Virus record (IMG/VR): IMGVR_UViG_3300024259_001791
Direction: 5' to 3' (one strand)
DNA length: 64,000 nt
Source of the DNA: a virus
Part shown: in pieces, positions 59,819 to 64,000 of the stretch
How positions within the stretch are numbered: the stretch's first letter is position 1
How the letters are laid out: each line of letters starts with the position of its first letter
The notes under the pieces: generated by a model
What the model was told of the DNA's origin: nothing
Seen by the model: only the letters and a program-made list of their open reading frames with translations
The model's database searches: none
Made by a program: the position numbers and the translations under genes

Positions 59819-60028
59819 ATGTTACCTTTTTTGATTTTAGTTGCAATACATATTATGTTGGGAATTTGTGCTTATTTATTGTTGAAAAAAGATCATGATA
59901 AAGACGGTTATGATTGGACACAAGGGGATAGATTCTTTGCTTTGATGGTATCCGCCATGGGTGGTATCGGTTTGGTCATAGCTATCGTATGTTATTTTTT
60001 GAATGATGACGGACCAGCAGGTTGGTAA
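59819..60028 (+). CDS. small two-TM protein (paralog set D)
   Basis: TM - WTQGDR - TM - DGPAGW; SD AAGGAG (track start 59753). Confidence 0.7.
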   Translation: MLPFLILVAIHIMLGICAYLLLKKDHDKDGYDWTQGDRFFALMVSAMGGIGLVIAIVCYFLNDDGPAGW

Positions 60029-60086
60029 TAAAAGAAAACGGCACTATATAGCACCGTTTTCGATTTTGTTGCACCGAATGTATTAT

Positions 60087-60344
60087 TTATTTGGGAATAA
60101 CTTCTACTACAGGTTCTACCACTTCAATTGCTTGAAGAGCAGTTAGTTCGGCATCGATCAGTTGTTTTTTGCCTTCTAGATAGGTGATCCTACGGTCTTT
60201 ACGTAGGGCACTGATATCGATAAGAATCTCATCTAATTTAGGCATAAGAGCATCTAAATCGGATGACAATTCTGCGACACCTTGCAATTTTAGAATATTG
60301 TTCCGTATTGCTGAAAGTCGTAGATATTGTCCTTTTGGAATCAT
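60087..60344 (-). CDS. hypothetical helical protein
   Basis: SD GGAG upstream; no competing + ORF. Confidence 0.7.
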   Translation of the reverse strand: MIPKGQYLRLSAIRNNILKLQGVAELSSDLDALMPKLDEILIDISALRKDRRITYLEGKKQLIDAELTALQAIEVVEPVVEVIPK

Positions 60345-60486
60345 TTTTTTCTCCTAGTTAAAGTTAATGTTGTCCAGTGACTGAAAGGGTTCTTGTACTT
60401 TCGCATGTCTTGTGGACTTAATAGTATTATATTGTTTATTTATCGGAAAAATCCCTGGTGAAGGATAGAAAGTTTATAATTGTGGA

Positions 60487-61149
60487 ATGGCCAAATGTAA
60501 TTATGATATGGGTATAGATTTTGCGGCGATTTCTAAATCGATGGAAGAGGATCATAAACGCAAAGAAAAAGAGAGTAAAAAGTTTGCATCTATGATCAGT
60601 GGTGGTCCTGTTATTATCGATGGATATTTATATACATATATTGGTGATGGATGGGTGTCTAAAATCGACGACAATACAAATAAAGTAGTTGATCATATAA
60701 AAAAAGCAGATTTTATGAAGTTGGCCAAATTAACAGCTAAAAAGTCTGAAAATGTCGATAATAGTGATATGAGAAATATCACGAGTATACGGCAATATGC
60801 CAAAAGAGTTGATGATATCTTAAGCAAACCACGGAATTGGATGCAACAAATTCAGAAGCATATAAAAGCCATGGAGACGATGGATGAGGATGTTGATGAA
60901 TTCGTTCGAGAAGAGATGGAATATAATTTTAATGAAGCTTTAGATAATTTTAACTCTCTTTATGATAAAATGGAACAGGTTGCTAGAATTGCTAAGGAGC
61001 TAGTTGGAAGACCAACTCCCAAGAACGAGCGGACATTGAAAGCAATCGAGGAAAAAGTGGACCAAAAGATGGAAGAGATGACGGCTGAACCCGTGAGGAC
61101 TGAAGTTAAAGGACCAAAAAAGAAACGTTTGGCTCAGTGGCATCGATAG
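60487..61149 (+). CDS. hypothetical coiled-coil protein
   Basis: 220-aa ORF. Confidence 0.7.
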   Translation: MAKCNYDMGIDFAAISKSMEEDHKRKEKESKKFASMISGGPVIIDGYLYTYIGDGWVSKIDDNTNKVVDHIKKADFMKLAKLTAKKSENVDNSDMRNITSIRQYAKRVDDILSKPRNWMQQIQKHIKAMETMDEDVDEFVREEMEYNFNEALDNFNSLYDKMEQVARIAKELVGRPTPKNERTLKAIEEKVDQKMEEMTAEPVRTEVKGPKKKRLAQWHR

Positions 61150-61417
61150 TTTATTCGGGACATAATTGTGGTATCCCGACAATAAAATAGATGATTTGAA
61201 ATGGTCTTTTTAAATTCGGGACGGCTTAAATGCATCCCGAATAATTAGTAAAAATAAAAGGAGGAATTTAATTCCTACTTATCGTAATTAATAGTATTGG
61301 AGCTTTACGATGACGATTTTTTGGAAAATTCTTGTTGGCATGTTGATAGTATTGATAGCATAGATATCCCGACAAAATAAAAGTTTTAATAAAGTAGTTG
61401 AAAAGTTGTTCCGATGA

Positions 61418-61424
61418 CTATAAT
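61418..61424 (+). promoter_or_regulatory. CTATAAT motif upstream of a small ORF
   Basis: intergenic; CTATAATGTAGT identical to copies at 7272, 30620 and 58887. Confidence 0.55.
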
Positions 61425-61457
61425 GTAGTGAGGATTGATTCATAAAGGAAAGTTACT

Positions 61458-61532
61458 ATGGCTAAGACAAGAATACATACATTTGATAATAACGTCTGGC
61501 CCATTCGCCCATTTGGGGAGAATGACCGGTAA
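61458..61532 (+). CDS. candidate 24-aa peptide MAKTRIHTFDNNVWPIRPFGENDR
   Basis: promoter motif, SD AAGGA, ATG, TAA and a strong terminator in series. Confidence 0.45.
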   Translation: MAKTRIHTFDNNVWPIRPFGENDR

Positions 61533-61557
61533 TTTTCTGTTAATATATAATAAGCAG

Positions 61558-61590
61558 AAAAAGGGCCGGTCAAATGACCGGCCCTTTTTT
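61558..61590. terminator. intrinsic terminator, possibly bidirectional
   Basis: AAAAA-GGGCCGGTC-AAAT-GACCGGCCC-TTTTTT. Confidence 0.85.
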
Positions 61591-61651
61591 CGTTGTACAT
61601 ATTTGGTGATGAGACTGAATGATATACTTTGATAAATGAATACGGGAACAT

Positions 61652-61724
61652 GGTGACTATGGTGTAATCGGCAGCATGGGAGGTTGTGAGCTTCTCGGTG
61701 CCAGTTCAAATCTGGTTAGTCACC
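61652..61724 (+). tRNA. tRNA-His(GTG)
   Basis: G-1, acceptor GTGACTA/TAGTCAC, loop TT-GTG-AG, T-loop TTCAAAT, C73; CCA not encoded. Confidence 0.88.
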
Positions 61725-61793
61725 CGTTAAGAAGTTAGTAAGTTGGATCGTTGAGGATTTGACTGTTAAAGTTGATAAGTAAATATAGAATAT

Positions 61794-61869
61794 GCGGGCG
61801 TAGCTGAATTGGAGCAGCGGTGGCCTACGAAGCCATGTCATTATGTAGGTTCGAGTCCTACCGTCCGTA
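61794..61869 (+). tRNA. tRNA-Arg(ACG)
   Basis: acceptor GCGGGCG/CGTCCGT; GTGGC-CT-ACG-AA-GCCAT; T-loop TTCGAGT; 8-nt variable region. Confidence 0.88.
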
Positions 61870-61944
61870 GTTAATATTTTTACATTTTTATTAAGAAGGA
61901 TTTTCCGAACCTTTATAGTATTATATATAACAGAGGTTTGAATT

Positions 61945-62841
61945 ATGAAAAGAGATATTAAACATAATTGGAAAGTTATTCAAAAATATTATAGTGATGG
62001 GCATACCTGGAAGGAATCTGCTATAAAGTTTGACATCACTGAATCAAGTATTAGATATGCCTTAAAACAAAAAGAATTGATTAGTCATCATTCTAAAAAA
62101 GAAACAGGGAAATTGATTTCTGAAAAACTTTCAAAAATTATGAAAAAAGTCCATGAAGAAGGGAGACATCCTGGTTGGTTATCTGTTAATCTTAATAAAG
62201 AAAACAGGACATATGCTGAACAATATTTTTTGGATATGATAAATTTTAATAAAAAGATATTTAATAAATGGACTATTTTAGAAAAAGTACAATTTAGTAA
62301 ATATGTTTTAGACTTTGCAATATTAGAATTAAAATTAGATATAGAAATAGATGGGCAATTTCATATTACAGACAAAAAAACTATTGCCAAAGATAAAAAA
62401 CGTAATCGATTTTTATTAGAACAGGGTTGGCGTGTATTTCGTATAGGATGGCCTGAACTTAAAGATAATAGAGAAAAAATTATTAAAGAATTGTGTGAGT
62501 TTATACAAACAATTGACATAGAGGATGATAGTGAGATCAATATCGTTATAAAAAAAGATATTGGTTTTATACGTTGTTTTCGTGCGGCTAATTTTATTAT
62601 CAATCCAAAACGTAAACTTAAAAAGTTTAAAACTAAAGTTGATTATAATAAATACAGGAAAGAGAATTATATTCCTAGAGAAAATACAAGAAAAGTTAGA
62701 AGACCAAGTAGTCAACAATTATTAGAAGATTTAAAAACAATGTCGTATTGTGCTGTAGGAAGAAAATATGGTGTTTCTGATACATGTATTAGAAAATGGT
62801 TAAAGTATTATAAAAAACAAAAACATACGCCTATGGTGTAA
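61945..62841 (+). CDS. DUF559/Vsr-like homing endonuclease with HTH segments
   Basis: YVLDFAI, IEIDGQFH, DKKRNRFLLEQGWRVFRI and C-terminal VGRKYGVSDTCIRKW. Confidence 0.82.
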   Translation: MKRDIKHNWKVIQKYYSDGHTWKESAIKFDITESSIRYALKQKELISHHSKKETGKLISEKLSKIMKKVHEEGRHPGWLSVNLNKENRTYAEQYFLDMINFNKKIFNKWTILEKVQFSKYVLDFAILELKLDIEIDGQFHITDKKTIAKDKKRNRFLLEQGWRVFRIGWPELKDNREKIIKELCEFIQTIDIEDDSEINIVIKKDIGFIRCFRAANFIINPKRKLKKFKTKVDYNKYRKENYIPRENTRKVRRPSSQQLLEDLKTMSYCAVGRKYGVSDTCIRKWLKYYKKQKHTPMV

Positions 62842-62897
62842 CAGCAGCATGGAAGATTCCAAATCTTTTGGCGAGGGTGCAAATCCTTCTAGGCGTG
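62827..62897 (+). tRNA. tRNA-Trp(CCA), non-canonical D/T loops
   Basis: acceptor ACGCCTA/TAGGCGT; GAAGA-TT-CCA-AA-TCTTT; T-loop TGCAAAT; G73. Confidence 0.8.
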
Positions 62898-62898
62898 G

Positions 62899-62970
62899 TC
62901 ATGAGTAGTGTAGTAGTGGCACACCACCCCTATTAGGGTGGCAGCATAGGTGCAAGTCCTGTCTCGTGAG
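62899..62970 (+). tRNA. tRNA-like gene (Asn-like) with 6-nt anticodon loop
   Basis: acceptor TCATGAG/CTCGTGA, D-stem GTGT/ACAC, CACCC-CTATTA-GGGTG, T-arm ATAGG-TGCAAGT-CCTGT, G73. Confidence 0.6.
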
Positions 62971-62973
62971 TTT

Positions 62974-63043
62974 CGTGCGATGGTGTAATATTAGCACACT
63001 GCCAAGTAGGGCAGGAGTAAAGGTGTGAATCCTTTTTGCACGA
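62974..63043 (+). tRNA. tRNA-like gene, undetermined isotype, 6-nt anticodon loop
   Basis: acceptor CGTGCGA/TTGCACG, D-stem GTG/CAC, CTGCC-AAGTAG-GGCAG, T-arm AAAGG-TGTGAAT-CCTTT, A73. Confidence 0.55.
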
Positions 63044-63046
63044 CAA

Positions 63047-63119
63047 GGGCTGGTAGTTTAACAGGCAAAACACTCGACCGATAATCGAGAGAGTGGCGGT
63101 TCAAGCCCGCCTCGGCCTA
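63047..63119 (+). tRNA. tRNA-Ile(GAT)
   Basis: GTTT/AAAC D-stem; CTCGA-CC-GAT-AA-TCGAG (C at position 33); T-loop TTCAAGC; A73. Confidence 0.85.
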
Positions 63120-63188
63120 TTTGTTTCGACGATGGTGATGGAAGTTATCCTTATAATGTTGTTTCATAACATTAAGAAAGGATATACT

Positions 63189-63617
63189 ATGAAAAGAATG
63201 GTTTATATCATTGGTTCTTTGGCCAATCCACAAATCCCCATCATCGGCAATAAATTACGTAAAGTATTCCCAGATTGGGAAATATTTGATTCTTGGTATT
63301 CGCCTGGTCCCGAAGCGGATGAATATTGGAGAAAGTATGAAAAAGCTAAGGGTGTCACTTATAAGCAGGCACTGAAAGATTGGTCAGCGACTCATATTTT
63401 CGAATTTGACAAGTATCATATTGAGAGAGCCACTGATGTTGTAATGGTTATGCCATGTGGCAAATCGGGTCATTTAGAGCTTGGTTGGTCGTTAGGCAAG
63501 GGCAAAAAGGGTTATGTATTATTTGATAAAGAACCCAAGAAATGGGATATTATGTATCAGTTTGCCACAGATGTATTTTTTGACTTTGATGAGCTTGTAA
63601 AGGAATTGAAAAAATAA
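63189..63617 (+). CDS. nucleoside 2-deoxyribosyltransferase-like protein
   Basis: VYIIGSL, IFEFDKYHI and GKSGHLELGWSLG; ATG 63189 behind AAGGA. Confidence 0.75.
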   Translation: MKRMVYIIGSLANPQIPIIGNKLRKVFPDWEIFDSWYSPGPEADEYWRKYEKAKGVTYKQALKDWSATHIFEFDKYHIERATDVVMVMPCGKSGHLELGWSLGKGKKGYVLFDKEPKKWDIMYQFATDVFFDFDELVKELKK

Positions 63618-63632
63618 GTTATATGTAAAACA

Positions 63633-63706
63633 CGGAACGTGGGAAAGCTTGGTAATCCGTCCGGTTTGGGACCGGAAAATCGCCAGTTCGAATCTGGCCG
63701 TTCCGA
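63633..63706 (+). tRNA. tRNA-Pro(TGG)
   Basis: CGGAACG/CGTTCCG; TCCGG-TT-TGG-GA-CCGGA; T-loop TTCGAAT; A73. Confidence 0.92.
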
Positions 63707-63777
63707 TTTGAAGTATTCTTCAAAACGAGTTGTTCCGATAAAAATATTGGAACTACAAGTTTGAAAGGAGTATTTCA

Positions 63778-64000
63778 ATGAAATCAATTAATTTAGATGA
63801 TGTTGAAAATTTAGATGAAATTATCAAAGACAGTTATTCTTGTACAGAAGTAGCAAAGAAAATTGGGCACACATCGATAAGTGGTCAGTTGATCAAAAAA
63901 ATACGTAAAGAGATTTCATCGTTTGATACTAGTCATTTTCGCAAAAATGGTAAAAGTACAGTAAGATATCAAACAATAGAAAAAAAATGTCCTGTATGCG
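63778..64000 (+). CDS. partial ORF, probable HNH homing endonuclease N-terminus
   Basis: SD AAGGAG; SCTEVAKKIG...DTSHF...KKCPVC, typical of phage HNH N-termini; runs off the window. Confidence 0.5.
   Translation, partial: MKSINLDDVENLDEIIKDSYSCTEVAKKIGHTSISGQLIKKIRKEISSFDTSHFRKNGKSTVRYQTIEKKCPVC

Noticed and set aside
61155-61240. the 61-bp-period palindromes as a degenerate CRISPR array
   Set aside because: only two units, the variable part lies inside the palindrome, and there is no similarity to the I-E repeat
61730-61790. possible decayed tRNA-Asn (GACTGTTAA)
   Set aside because: no pairing acceptor or T arm could be built
3086-63787. most short minus-strand ORFs in the track
   Set aside because: they overlap well-supported + strand genes or tRNAs, lack SDs and have no motifs; treated as shadows
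1-64000. stop-codon reassignment (alternative genetic code) as in some huge phages
   Set aside because: code 11 gives long, densely packed ORFs, and TAA, TAG and TGA all terminate recognisable genes; no suppressor tRNA seen

Overview
AT-rich, gene-dense 64-kb window with almost every gene on the + strand, read in the standard code. The content is typical of the accessory region of a very large (jumbo/huge) phage. This is an inference: no capsid, terminase or integrase gene is in the window. It contains many small hypothetical and membrane ORFs in tandem paralog sets, five free-standing homing-endonuclease-like genes, an intein, host-like genes (bS21, IscU, CoaD, NadD, SSB, RNA ligase 2, three radical SAM enzymes) and a tRNA cluster at the right end. 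The main feature is a type I-E CRISPR-Cas interference locus at 7.3-15.6 kb: array 1, cas3, cas8e, cse2, a divergent cas7, a single-ORF cas5-cas6 fusion, then array 2. It has no cas1/cas2. Other notable items are a PARP-like writer with an ADP-ribosylglycohydrolase eraser, an RlmN/Cfr-like enzyme lacking the resolving cysteine, a CoaD carrying a PilC/GspF-like N-terminal motif, a candidate multi-branch ncRNA after ssb, two tRNA-like genes with 6-nt anticodon loops, two frameshifted genes, and repeated operator-like DNA motifs at 58-61 kb. All family calls are motif recognition by eye; no database searches were run. Where my start differs from the ORF track, I chose the ATG behind a visible Shine-Dalgarno.
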